Source of the DNA: Daphnia carinata
Taxonomy: Eukaryota
DNA length: 64,000 nt
Direction: 5' to 3'
Assembly: GCF_022539665.2 (NCBI RefSeq)
Contig: NC_081333.1
Span: forward strand, 7,068,001-7,132,000
The notes under the pieces are model-generated. The model saw only the letters and a list, made by a program, of their open reading frames with translations. It had not been told where the DNA came from and searched no databases. Numbering within the stretch: the first letter of the stretch is position 1; each line of letters opens with the position of its first letter. This document shows positions 22,509 to 35,600 of the stretch, one piece after another. Both the position numbers and the translations under genes were made by a program.

Positions 22509-23649
22509 AAAAGTAGGGCCAAAGGTTTTCTACTTATTTTTAAAAACCAATATATTGCTAGAAAATCACATCATTTTGGTTCAACGTTAACTGGAAAGAT
22601 CGAAAGCAGGAGAATGTAGTTCGGTTTCCAAATAAGTGATGCTTTTATTATTGGAAAGAATCATTAGATGTCGGTGAATTTGCATCAAAGCTTTCTCCTG
22701 GTATCCAACAGAAAAATGAGCTAAAACTAAGCCATCCCATGTTTTCATCGTTTATTTACATTTTCTCTTCTTTACAGAAAAGGAAGGTCAGAGTGTAATT
22801 TGATGAAAAAAGGTAAGAGTGGCAAAGCGTAATATCATTGAAACTCCTACATATGAAATATATTTCGACAATTCCACTGCACATAAGCAGCAGAGTTTAC
22901 TTTTGTTATATTATGCAAGATAAAGTGGTAAAAAAGATGAATATAACTAACATATATGGACATCGTTTTTTTCTGTTAACAACAGTGAAATAGCATTTGG
23001 TGATTGACGGAACAACGAAAAACACCCGATGTCGCCAACGTCTTAGCAAAGAATACTAATTTCTCGAATTTGACACACGATAGAAAATCGCAATGCCAAT
23101 AATGATACTATATTTTTATTTTAAAACACGAGACGATTCGACTTTTGTCCGGTTGCTTGTTGCCTGTTTTCGAGGAAAATCCGATCGGAAACGTTTTTGG
23201 CGACTAGCGTAAAACAAGTTTTTTTTTTTGTTCTGTTTTTTTTTTTAAGAATGGGGTTGAACGATGTCGACAAATAGCAAAACCACAGCACGGGACACAA
23301 TATATTCACGGCAGGAGTCAGGAATCAAAAGGTAATCAAATACAAAATAAAATAATTAGACTCGTACGACACAGCAGACCTCTAATCGCTTGGGAGTAAG
23401 TTGGTGATTTTAGCGAGATTATTTTAGGGATTTCGTTATTAGACATCACGAACGAGAACCATCCCCACCAGAAACTTTACAGAAATTCCAGTAATGACTG
23501 TCAATCTAAGTGTGACTCATTACAATTACAGTTGTACCGGAGAAGTTTTGTGTTCGAAGCACACGAAGCAGGTCGATGTACTAACAAACGCGGGTTTGTG
23601 ATTGTCACCGTTTACGCATTAATTAGCTCAGGGCAAAGGAGTTTAATGT

Positions 23650-26600
23650 TCACGGGCGTAAGGAGCGCATCAGAATAGTAAGGACGCCGGCCAAAGCGGT
23701 GGCCTTACCCATAAGACGGCCCATGCTCGGGTCACTAACACCCTGTCCGGACGCTTCGGCGGCTGCCTTGAGCGTGTGTAGAAAGGCTCGGGCTACGTCA
23801 CGGACTTTTGGAGGCAAATCGCGGTTTTGCTCCCGTTGGGACACATCCTCGACGGCCAAACCCATGCGCTCGACGAGTACGACGCACTGGGACAGACAAA
23901 CGGCCATCGTCTGAGGTGAATCGGTAACACTCTTGACAAACATTTTCGAAGCGGTGACAAACTGACGCGATTCGTTAATTAATCTATCCCGGGCTGCTTC
24001 CATCTGACTCAAGTCTTCTTCTCCCTGCAAATGAACTTGTTCGGCCTTAGCTACCGGAGGAACGGCTAGCCGTGAAATGACGCGACTGACTGCCTGTTCC
24101 GACTGACTGATGAGGGTAGTGAGGTCGAAATCTGTGCTGCCATCCAAAGAGTCTTGTTCAAAGCTTCCCGAATCCAGTGATCCATTATCTCTCTCCGGTA
24201 ACACGGCACCACTATTTCCCGATTTGCGGTGGTTTGGGCTGCTATTCGTCCACGTTGGTAAATCCTGACCAGGCGTGCCTTTCCCCTCTACTCGAATGTT
24301 CAAACTAATGACATTGTTTCCAATACTAGCATTAGTCCGCGCTCCCAGCTTCGGGCTACTGGTGCTTAATGGAGCTCCCGGTTGGCTCACGCGGCTGCTA
24401 TCAGATGGAGGTGGAGGTGCCATCGTTGTTCTTGTTACACGCGATACAACGGGAACCTGATATTCCGAATGTTTGGCTGGACTTTCATTTAACGGCTTCA
24501 TGACACCGGGTACTGCGTAATGACTGGGACTTGAAGGACTTGGTGTCGATTTGATCGGGGGCGGAGGTGGCGCTGCTGCTTTGGTTACCGTCGTACGGGT
24601 CCCGGATGGGCCGTTAGTGCTGGTCGTCGCCATCTGGACCGAAGGTGGTGTTGGTTTCTGTGGACTGGTTACCGAGCTTGTCACCGGAGGCTTGCGAAGA
24701 CGGGATGGCAAAGCAGGGGGTCTTTGACTTGGTAAAACATTTGCCGTAGTGGGTGTGGATCTTGAATCTACGCTGGGACGAGCCACTCGATTAACGATTG
24801 CGCTTTTTGTTGTTGATTCCTGAGGAATGATAAAGAGGCGTAAGAGATAAAGTATGGTAAAAATAAAAACGAAAACAAATGACTTACGATTTGGGGGGTG
24901 ACAGGCAGCTTTGGAATCACTACTCGCGTTGGGCTGTTACGTGGAGGCAATGGAGGTGTGCTGTCTGATTCCTTTATTGATGTAACTGAAATTCCAGTAA
25001 TAAAATTGCTTGGGGCATTTTTGACGGTCGCCACGCTGGCGTTGGAACCGATAGAATCACTGCTGGACGCCATGCTCAACTTGGAAGGCGACGAAGTGCC
25101 ACTTTGTCCGTTCTTGTGCACGGTTGAGATGCTTTCCGTAGACGCTGACATGCCCTTGACTCCAGCAACGCCGCTGGAGCCCATTTCTTCCATCCGTAAG
25201 CGATGAGTATCGCTCATCCGGCCGGATGAGGGTGTCTTTACGGAAATACGTCCCAATAGGTCACCCTATATTTTACATTGGTATTCCAGTGTTAGTGAGT
25301 GAATTTTACTCATCCATTTTTGTATTTAATAAATACCTGAGACGAAGATTTTGTCAAGAGGCCCGGAGGCGGAACAGTTGCGCTTTCGGATCCTTTTCCG
25401 GGCGTCGAAAGGCGAGCATTGGCAGCTGCAGCGGCGGCTATAATCATTCTTGGAATGGGATTTCTTGGTGGCGGCGGTGGGGGAGGGATGGTTTCGTCGT
25501 CTTCGTCATCATCGTCGATAAAAGTAGACCTGAAATTGGGTCCGTAACCTGGTGCTTTAAGAGCACCGTTCAACGGATTAAGCGCGGGCATTTTGAAATT
25601 GGTGAATCCATTCTTTCGCGGACTGAACTGGCCTGCTGGCTGACGGGCAGGTAATTCAGGTGGTGGGTTACTAGAGCAGTCAGCAATTGACTTGAGTGAT
25701 CCGTAACCGGACGAGTGGCTAGAAGCCGGACTAAGGTCTGGCGTTGTGCCTTTGGTAGACGCAACATTCGAACTTGCCGTTGTCACAGTTACGGTTTCCG
25801 TAACGGCTGTTGTGTTATTTGAGGATGTCAGTAAACGTTGCATCTCTCCTATTTTCGGCGAGACTCCATGGTTAGGCTCTCGCTGTTCGAAGCGCACTTT
25901 CATTTCCACCATGACTCGATCTTTTTCGTCAAAGTTCTTTGCGCTTTGCTGGACGCTGTTTACACCGGAAGGAGGCTCTTCTCTCATTACCTGGAAAATG
26001 CCTTCACGTGCAGCGTAGAGCTTCTGCAATATGACGAGTCCATTATTAGACGAATTGCTGGCATTCGCCGGCGGTGGTGGAATGATGTACGCAGATAAGT
26101 CGTCGTTGCTGAAATCACCCGATCCAGCTTGAGACGAAGATTTGGTGCCGCCAACTGGAGGTAAAGGTACGGCTACCGTAGATAGGAACTTGTCCAAATC
26201 AGGATTGGCTGTCAAATGTTTTCGCTTCTCGTCTGCTATCCATCGCCTCTTGCTCTCCGTCAACGTCTGGACTGACAAGCTAGACGTGGATCCAGCACGG
26301 ACTGAGCTGGCTAGCGAACTAACCGAGCGAGTGCTGACGCCGCTCAGTGAAAATTTGTCTTCCGAGTCATGGAAGTCTCTCTCCTGGCTGCTGTTGAGAC
26401 ACGATGAATCAGAGACGACATCAGCCCATTGAGCCAAATCCGTCAAATCTTGTAATTCTCCAAGATCGGATGGTGAAGGACGGCCACGAGCAGCTGCAGA
26501 CGGCGTCGATTTCATGGCGGCCAGCTCGTTCTCCAGCGAATCGCGATCGGCGAAAGGTGTCGGTGGTTCGTTGATAGTAGCTGGGAACTTCATTTTCAGT

Positions 26601-29600
26601 CCGTCCTCTTCTGGAGTGATGGGCGGCGGAATCATGGTCAGATCGATGATATCCGGATCGAGGTAGATGAGCGATCCTTCGGCTAATGGAAGGTCGTCCT
26701 GTAGACGACGAAGTAGACCTTCTAGATCCTTCTCTTCGTGTCCGGCCACGTTCGGGATGACGTCCGGACTGTGTAGACCGAAGCTGGAATCGCTCGGTTT
26801 GAGCATCGAAGGCGGCCTAGATGGCGGGCCGTTTTTCAGGGCTTCAGCGGATTTGGGCCGCTGAGACGGACTGTGAGTTGGCGTCTGATTGGGCGTCGTA
26901 CTGACGGAATCCGTGTCGCTACTGGACGCGTGATCCGCAGCATCCAACAAGATCGTTGAATTGTCTGGCAATGATAGTTGTTTCTGTCCCTGTGTTAAAA
27001 GCAGGAGCGAATCGCTGTGACGGAGCCGGCCGTATCCAGCGCCGGCACCGCTACCTGACTGATCCGACTCAGTTTTCGATAGCTGTGACATGTCTGACAA
27101 GAGGCTGGAAGTCTCAACGTCAGAGACTCGACTCGCTCGATCCCCGCCGCCCGTCAGGTACTGTTCAGCGTCTTCCACCAAACGTTTAAGCTCTGAAACA
27201 CGTTGAATGACTGCATCGTTACGAGCCTCCGAGCAGTCAGCTAATTGCTGGACAAGCAGTTCCGTCTGTTGCTGCTGGGATTCTAAAATTTCCATCGATA
27301 CGACGCTGGGCATGTCAAACCCTAGTTTGTGACTGGGAACTGCCGTCTCCAGCGTAGAAACTCGACGGGCAGCTGGCATCTCACGTGACGAGACCGATGT
27401 CAAGACTGGCATGCGGTTCTTCATCGCAGCCGTTGCTCCAGCAGCATCAACATTGTTGTTGGGCAGTGGCTTATTCATATTGCTGTCAACCTTATTATTT
27501 TGCTGTGGACACAGGGCTAACGACACGCCTCGAAGAGCGCGTGGACTATCGTAAGTCGCAGTTGGATCGAATGGATCATCGAATTCTCTTTCACCGATGG
27601 CTCCCTCGTCGTGTTCACCAGCGCAAGGGTAGCGATTGTTGGGTAGCTAAGAAAAATTTGAAGATAGTAGTTGCAAACGTCGACCCGAAAGCCTTCTGAA
27701 TTCAAAATACCTGGAAGCCTTGCGGTGGAGGGTGATATGGAGGTGGTACCGACAAATCGGCGTAACGAACTAGTTTTTCTTCAGGTTCGGATGCACCGCA
27801 TGAAGCAGGCGGTTGTTCAACAAAGCTCCATGGAGAAGGAAGTACTGTGTGCCTCGTGTGATACGGTGGCGCTGTTTAAAAAATTGGTATAGTAGAATTA
27901 AAGCACACAGCCATGGTCGATTGCGGATTTCTTCGCAGCCATTTTCAGTCAGTTAACTTACCGGAATCTTGGGTCCATCGGCTTCTCTCTCTATGGACGG
28001 GCAAGACGCGATCAGTGGCCAATTTATGATACCCACGCAAAACGAGGATGATCTCTTCGGCGTCACGTTCCTCCAGGCTTAAGAGCAAAGTCTACGAAAC
28101 GTAGTAAATCAATTTCTTGTTCGTGTTAACACGAGTGGAACGCAGTAATCTTACCTCCTTATCAGGATCTTTCAAACGGATTTCAACGTACTGTATTAAC
28201 TCGTCCTCACGTCTCACATTCAGAGAGGTGATGTCTTCGACGTTACACAGCGTCAAAGGCTAAAAGCGAAAAAAAAATTTAAAATCCATTAAGGTTTCAG
28301 TCACGAAGTTGGGTAGTTACAAGTTTGCGACTAAGTCGCCAAAGTTAAGTGCAATGGTATTTCTCTCACATTTCACGCCAATAGCTAGCTTGGACGGGAA
28401 ATGATATGGAAACGAACATAGGCCCCCTCACCACAGTTTTCGACAATTTCTACTCTTTATCAATGACCAAAAGACATGTACTATCTCACTTAGCAACGCC
28501 CACTGAAGTTTTCCAAGTATTTAAAGTTCTTGGTAGATAATTCGCAGTGATGACGCGTGAGGAGCGTAGACAACCATTTCTTTCATTTATCCTTGCTCAC
28601 CATTCCAACTCGAATTCAATTCAAAGCAAACCAAAGTTTAAAAGGAAATAACCTGAATTTGTTGGGGCCTTACTTGCAAATAGTTGTACAACACTTAAAA
28701 TGAAGGAAGTATTTTCAAAAAGCCCATTAATTTAGCTAATCTTTGATTAGAACTAGCATTCGATTTGATTTGTGTTTCCTCAGATTTACTTTGTGTAAAA
28801 TTTCGATGCAAACAGTTTGGCAAAAAAACCTTGAACTAATCGATGTACAATTGCAGTCCGACAAGAGAAATGGTATGGAAAGAGACAACACAAACTTTTT
28901 CGAATGCCGGGAGCCGGCTGTTACCAAAACATTCGTCTTTCTCCCCCCTCTGCCTCAGCTCTGACAATCAGACCGGCTGCAGCACTCCATTAAGCACCGA
29001 CCATCAATCCGTCACGATCCACTCTGCCTCCACACACATACGCGTACACATACAAACACACGTGAGCTCAAAGACAAATCTACAAAAGACTATAGGCGGG
29101 ATTCTCATTCGTCTGTCTTCATTTCTATTCGAAGCCATCGGGCGGCCAAACGGGATTGGATGGCAATCGAAACCGACAGGGCTTGACGCTGTCGAACATC
29201 AGGCATCGAGACTGATGCATTTTTCACGAGAATCCTTTTTCACTTTACCATCCTGACAAGAACACGGAAGACGTTTAACAGAACTTTTGGCTCGTGCTCC
29301 CGCTACACATAGTTGTCTTTCTTCTTCGATCTGTCAAGCCGTCAGATGAAAGATGTGGTTGTCGCAAGTTACCGCTTTCACCCGCCCTCCCATCCCATTC
29401 TTCACACACACACAACAAAACTAAACAAACAAATTCCACGGCAAACAGGGGGGTCGGCTAACGCTCTCGTCTATTGAAGACCTGGAATTTCTCTTTTTTT
29501 TTATTTTTTTTTTTTACCCTCACAGAGACAGTGGTGCCTAAACCCATTTTCTCCGCCTCGCTCTCTCCCCATGGCTATGGAGTAGGTCGATAAAGATGCC

Positions 29601-32600
29601 AAGAGAGCTCGCGTTCTCAAACGTTAAGAGTTTCGGCTCACTAAAGATGGCCAGAACATAAGAAATTTCACGATATCTGTTACGGTACACGATGCTGGAA
29701 CAGCCACATCGTTTAGACAACATCTAAGGTGTAAAAAGAAATTTCCAACTCACCGCACTGCTCCGCATTCCAGATATTTGACTAACGCCAAACTTCGGGC
29801 TAACCAGTATCACAGTTTCAACGTTTGAATCCGACTAGATAGAACACAAAGAGAAAAACCGTGAAAAAAACTGAAAAAATGGGGATAGAAGGGATACTGC
29901 GAACTTACCTTGAAGTTGGTGGAGAAACACTTTGCGCCATAGCTGGGCAGTTCGGCAATGATTTTGAGGTAGTGCAGCTTGGCCTGTAGGATTGTCAACT
30001 GTTTCTGCCCAGGCGCCGTCAGCTGTTGATTGACTTTGAAAAAGTGCGACAGCAATTTGCGCAGCTCTTTGCGTTTCATCGCCTCGACCAGCGATGTGGG
30101 TACAAAGCGCTCCAGCCCGTATTCGCGCCTGTTGAATCACGCATAGTCAAATAGTGAAGGAATCGAGCAAAGGGAAATTTAACAAGATTTAATTACAGCT
30201 GCCCATTACTGAAAACGAACTAACGGTTGCTGAATACTGATTGCGAAAGAGGATAGGACAATATGCAACAAGCAACTAAAATTACTTACTCAATGTTTTT
30301 GATGGTGAGCTTTCCCTGCATCTTGTTCGTCAAGGCGTGTTGGTACATGTGAAGCGCCGCGATTCGCAAGGCGATATCGTACTTGAGCTCTGGAGCGAAC
30401 CTCTCCTGAACCACATCATTGCAGCACTGCAAAGATAATGGTATTTAATTTGTTGATAATATTAGACGACGATCGCAAAGGACATACTTGTGTGAAGAGG
30501 TATTCAAAACTTCCGGTATCTTTCCGAAGTAAGTCGTAGGCGTCCTTCGGCAGAAACGCTATTCGCAACATGCAGCGCAGATTATGGGCTCCAGGTCGAG
30601 CAGCAATCTGGAAATCAGAACGCGAAATAAAAATTGAAACATGCCGTGACCGTTCTAAAAACAAAGCCGAATGATGATGCGGCAACTCTTAAAAAATTGT
30701 GGACGTACCCATGCGAGCGACTCGGCTGGATCGAGGAGCGTCAGTTTATTCTTGCGTATGCTCTTGACGTGCTCGACGCATAGGGAAAAGTGATCCATCG
30801 ACTTGAAGCCGAGTTTCTGCTGGAGCGAGTTGAGGACGTCGGAGACGGTCGTGGCCGAGTCATACTTGAAAGACTTGGTCTGTCCGTTCTCCAGGTAGAC
30901 CTTCATGACATTGGGCATCAGCGGAGCGCACGGCTCTTCTTTGCTCAGCGACTGGCTCTGCAAAAACGGAAAATCAAGATGAGCGGAAACAGCTGGAAGG
31001 AAATGGGGAAAAAAAAGCGGATTTTACCAGTGGTAACGTGGTGCCATTAATAACCACGCCTTCGGCAAAGCGAACGCGAGACGGATTATTTCTGAGTTTG
31101 GCTTTCTTTGCGGCACTGAGCAGAGCGGATTTGCGTGTCGACTGGAAACCAGAAACAAAAAAAAAAAAAAGAAAAAGGATAAAAAGAAAAATATTTAAAA
31201 TCCCGTAAGTGAGTAAAAGGAAAAGAAATGCGAGGTTTACATTATCCAACGGCGGTTGACAAACGGCAAGATGGACCGTTTCCTTGCAAGAGCGGACCAA
31301 CTGAATGACATGATCGCGTGGCGCGTGTTTGACGTCTTCTCCGTTGATCCTCCAAATTTGATCGCCCGGCAGCAATTTGTCAACACTCGGACCACCTTCT
31401 GTCACGAACCTACAAAATAAACATGAGTGCATGGTTATTTTAAAATCGTTTGCCAATCAATATGTAAAGGAACCAAATCGTTACGAAAGTGTACCTGACG
31501 ATGACCGGCTTTTCGCTGCCGGCCACGAAACCGAAACCGAGTTCTGGATGGCGAGAGAGTTCGACCTCGCGCGGTTGAGGCGGTTCTTCTCCCCAATCCT
31601 TGCGCGGATCCTCGTACGTTGTCGTTTTGTTCAAATGGCTATAAAAAAAAAGAATAAAAGAAGTCGTGAATACATGGCAACACAAAGACTGAACGATCAA
31701 GAGAAGTAGACGGAACACTCCACAGATCCACACAGCCGACGGGCAATTGTAAGATAATCGAATTTGTAATTCCTATCAGTGTGGCTGTGTCGACCGTCGC
31801 TAATCCGAGACTTATCGATCCAATTGTCCAATTGTCGAATTACTCACTTGATGAAGTAGGCTTTGCCCTCTCGGTCGGTAGCTGCCTCCCAGCCATAGGG
31901 CAGCGACATCCCTCCGCCGGCTCCAGCCTGGATGCTGCCATTCCAATTGTCGATTGGGGGTAGCCAAGACGACGTCTGATTGATGTGACTGTAACGAGAA
32001 ATAGAAAAGAAAACGGGGAACGAATGAGTTTCGAATGTTCATCGAGATCAAGGTAGCAAAAAAGGAAAGAAAATAGAAGTGATATTGGTGACGCATCCCG
32101 TTTCTCACAGCCGATTCCATCACGATTTTTCTTATTAACTTAGGATATGATCCTTTCTCATTAGCTGCATACATCGGATAACTGGAGAGGAAACTAAACA
32201 ATCCAATTTTGGCTCATGTTGCGTCATAAACTCATAGTCAACGTCGTTGATCTCAATCAAGACAGAAATGGACCAATACTATAGGCCCTGCTATGCCATA
32301 GGCCTTTTAGGTTGCCACGCGTCGTGGTAACGACACGAGTAAGACAGAAAGGGTTCCCTAACGGCCACAACACGTGCGGGCGTCGTGGCAGAGCGTCGGA
32401 CGAGAAGCTAATATAACCGCCTGGCGCGTAATGAAGTTTTATGAATCGTTGAAAGAGACGCCAGACATTAGGATCGTCAAGTCCCACGTTTCAAAAGAAA
32501 AACATAGGAAGAAGAATCTTACGGATATCTTCGTTTTAGTCGCAAAGGAAAATCAACGAAAAGATTGCGAACACGATACAGGATGAAATACGAAAATTCA

Positions 32601-35600
32601 AAATAGAGAAAAGGGATAAAAGACAAACAGCAGCAAACAGATACAACAGAAAAACTTAGTCGCAACGAAAGTTGGACGTTTTTCAGATTCTCTGGAGAGG
32701 TAATGGGCGATGGCAACACATTCATCTAGACACAAAACAAATGACGTAAACGCATGTAAAATTGGTCGACAAATTGAGCGAAACAGAGCCAACAGAAATG
32801 AAATAATTGCTTTTTATTTGCTTAGAGTGTACATTCAAAAGGGCCACGAGCCTAGTGATCGAAAGGGAAACATCATTGCGAGACGTTCACGTTCTCTATT
32901 TATATTCCTCCCTAGACCCTCTGTTTTGTTTCCAACGTTTACGACGTTGGCAGCCATGCCCGTTACGTTTATATACTTGTAACGTGCACATTCGTTAGAG
33001 AACCGTTATGGCTCGGTACACTTGCTGATTGATTCGTGACTAAATTAAACAAGCGGTAGCCAGGGAGAAAAAAAAAAAAGAAATAACTAATTTATCCTTT
33101 TCTAAAGCTCAAGTTTAACATCCAAATTTAACTCATGGTCGGAATTCAGGTTTAAAAAAAATTCTCGTGAAGGCAAAGAGAGTGAAAGAAGGATACTCGC
33201 TATGCGGTACACAGCACAAGGGAAACGCTTTTCACTTGGGGTTTGGCGATTAGGGACGATATTATACAAGGATAGACAGGAAGTTTGTCTACCGTTTTTG
33301 ATGAATTGGCTGAATAGGTCCCGAGAGCAAACTCTGAAAGAAGACGCGCAAACTGTTGGCCGCCATCGCGTTTTTTTTTAAATTCCCGGAGTTCACTTAT
33401 AACTTTCTCTTCACTTGAGCTTTTCCTTTAATTTTTTGGTTCGTTAGATGCAAGATTTCAAAAAATTACATATATTTTTTGAATACCACAGCTCCCGCCA
33501 CTCTGTCGTCAGTTTCTCTTTCAGTCTATTCTCGCACTCGACTGCAGCTTCAGATTCACGTGAATTGCTCTAGTTTTTTTCTCCGGCGTCTACACGCTTC
33601 ACAAAGCATTGGAGCGGGATTTTGATACTCAATCCCTCGTCAGGCGAAATCTTGAACAGAAACAACAACCGATGCACAAAAATAGTGTTTCAATTTTTTC
33701 CCCCTGTTTTTTTTTTTCTCTTAAATTGGGAGAGTTGTACTGTTCGTTTCTCTTCCTTTCTTGTGTTTCAAGCAGCATCGTTCACTGCTGTTGGCACTTC
33801 ATCGAGTCACGCACGGTCCATGTCAGATAAACGGCGATGACGAATGCCCTCAAAAGACTGCTTTCTCCTCAAAACATTTGTCATGCCTTTCTCTTTCTTT
33901 TGGTTAGATCCGATGTGGTTGCGCTTATGGCACTGCAGTTGCTCTGCGTTGCAACAGTCCATCAAAAGACACTGGACATCTCGAAGGGCTTGCACGAGCA
34001 AAGAAACACTGACACATTTCTTCCTTCGTTTTGATGATGAACTGCCGTGGGATAGAAATAGCTTTTTTTTGTGTGTGTTGTTGGTGGGCGCTTTTCTACG
34101 GTCGATCCTTGCACACCTTCGCTTTGCTAGTGCAAGGATAACGATGGTTGGCTCTCTTGACAAATCGTCACGCCAAGCCGGAAGCAAAGAGATTGGATTC
34201 GCTTCTTCCACTTCCCTCTGTTCTTTTTTTTTTCCTCCTCTTGTTTCCGTACCGTGTTCTATTCTGGCCCACTTGGCACTCAATATCCACGCACTGAGGA
34301 CTCACTCCGGGCACGACGAGCGGGAGACACGGCGCACTTGAACACCAAAATCTACTATATCGAAATGGCACATACTGACCAGTACTTTTTTTTAAAAGAG
34401 TGCTCTTATTTTTTTTTTTTCTTGCTTTTCTTTTATCACACTCGCTTTTACTTTATTCCTGCCCTTTCTTTTCCTTTTAACGCTCTCTATAGAATGGGCC
34501 AATGAAACAAGACACGGTCCAAGTCGAGCGAGACGTTTTCTTCTTCTTCTTCAAAGGGATGGAAGAAGGTGAAAAGGAGGCGGACTGTAAGTGCCCCAAA
34601 ATAAGGACGGATAAACAAAACAAATAAAAACAGTAGTCACACGGCGGTTGGTCCGAAGGGATTTCCGCCAGAGACGCTAATGACGCAGGACTTTTTGTTT
34701 GTAGCGTTGCCAACGGGTCTAGGGTATGATTTTTTTTTTTCACTCCTCTTCGGTCTGTCAGTCTAGCACGCCAAGTAACGAGCAGGCATTGAAAACAAGC
34801 ATTTGCCAAGTTACGTGGAAGACGAGGAGAAAAAAAAACGAGAGCGGACGCACTTGTACCCTAGAGAGGGCGGAAAACAAAAACGATTGCAGTTTGTGGT
34901 TGGCTATTGTTGTAACGCGGCGTGCTTTCCTCGCCGTGCTGGGTACAGTCTTGCAAACCCGATTGGGCCACTCGAAGGAAAATCCCAATCAGGAAGCCGA
35001 TCGCTATGACTACCCAAAATATATCGCAAGTTTCGTCTCGAACAGAAACAATAGAAACTGGTAATGTCGACGTTATCGTAAAAACGGCTTGGTGAAACCC
35101 GCCGCAAACAAATGGCCTTTGATTCGAATTATTTTTAAGGAGAGAAAAATGGCCAGACGTCAATGAAGCGCAAACAGGGAAAGAGTGTGAAAACAACGAA
35201 ATCCGAGGCTCTTCCTTTACGCGTCAGCGCAAAACGACACAGAATGTAGTAACTGTGTTGTCATGCAGAGAGTCATGCGAGCGAGAATGAGGCGGAAGGG
35301 ACAAGGAGGATCATCGCCACGGATGAGTCGTCGAACGGCTTCGGTAGACGGAAAGAGACCAACGGATGAAACCTTTCAACATTCATTGATAAGCCGAAGT
35401 GCAGAAAGGACCGCGCTTTCATTTTATTTCCATTGTTTTAGACACATTTTCGAACGGAGTAACGAAAGCGAGAAAGCAAATGGAGAAGAGCGAAATTCTT
35501 GTAGCAAAAAGAGAAATGGGGATTATTAACATCGATGACAATGAAGCACGCAATCAAACGCCAACAATGCGACGAGTTTCTAGCGCTCGTTAGTCGAATT

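Noticed and set aside
23699..27892. Plus-strand ORFs overlapping the FRMPD exons
   Set aside because: Antisense shadows of long GC-richer coding exons.
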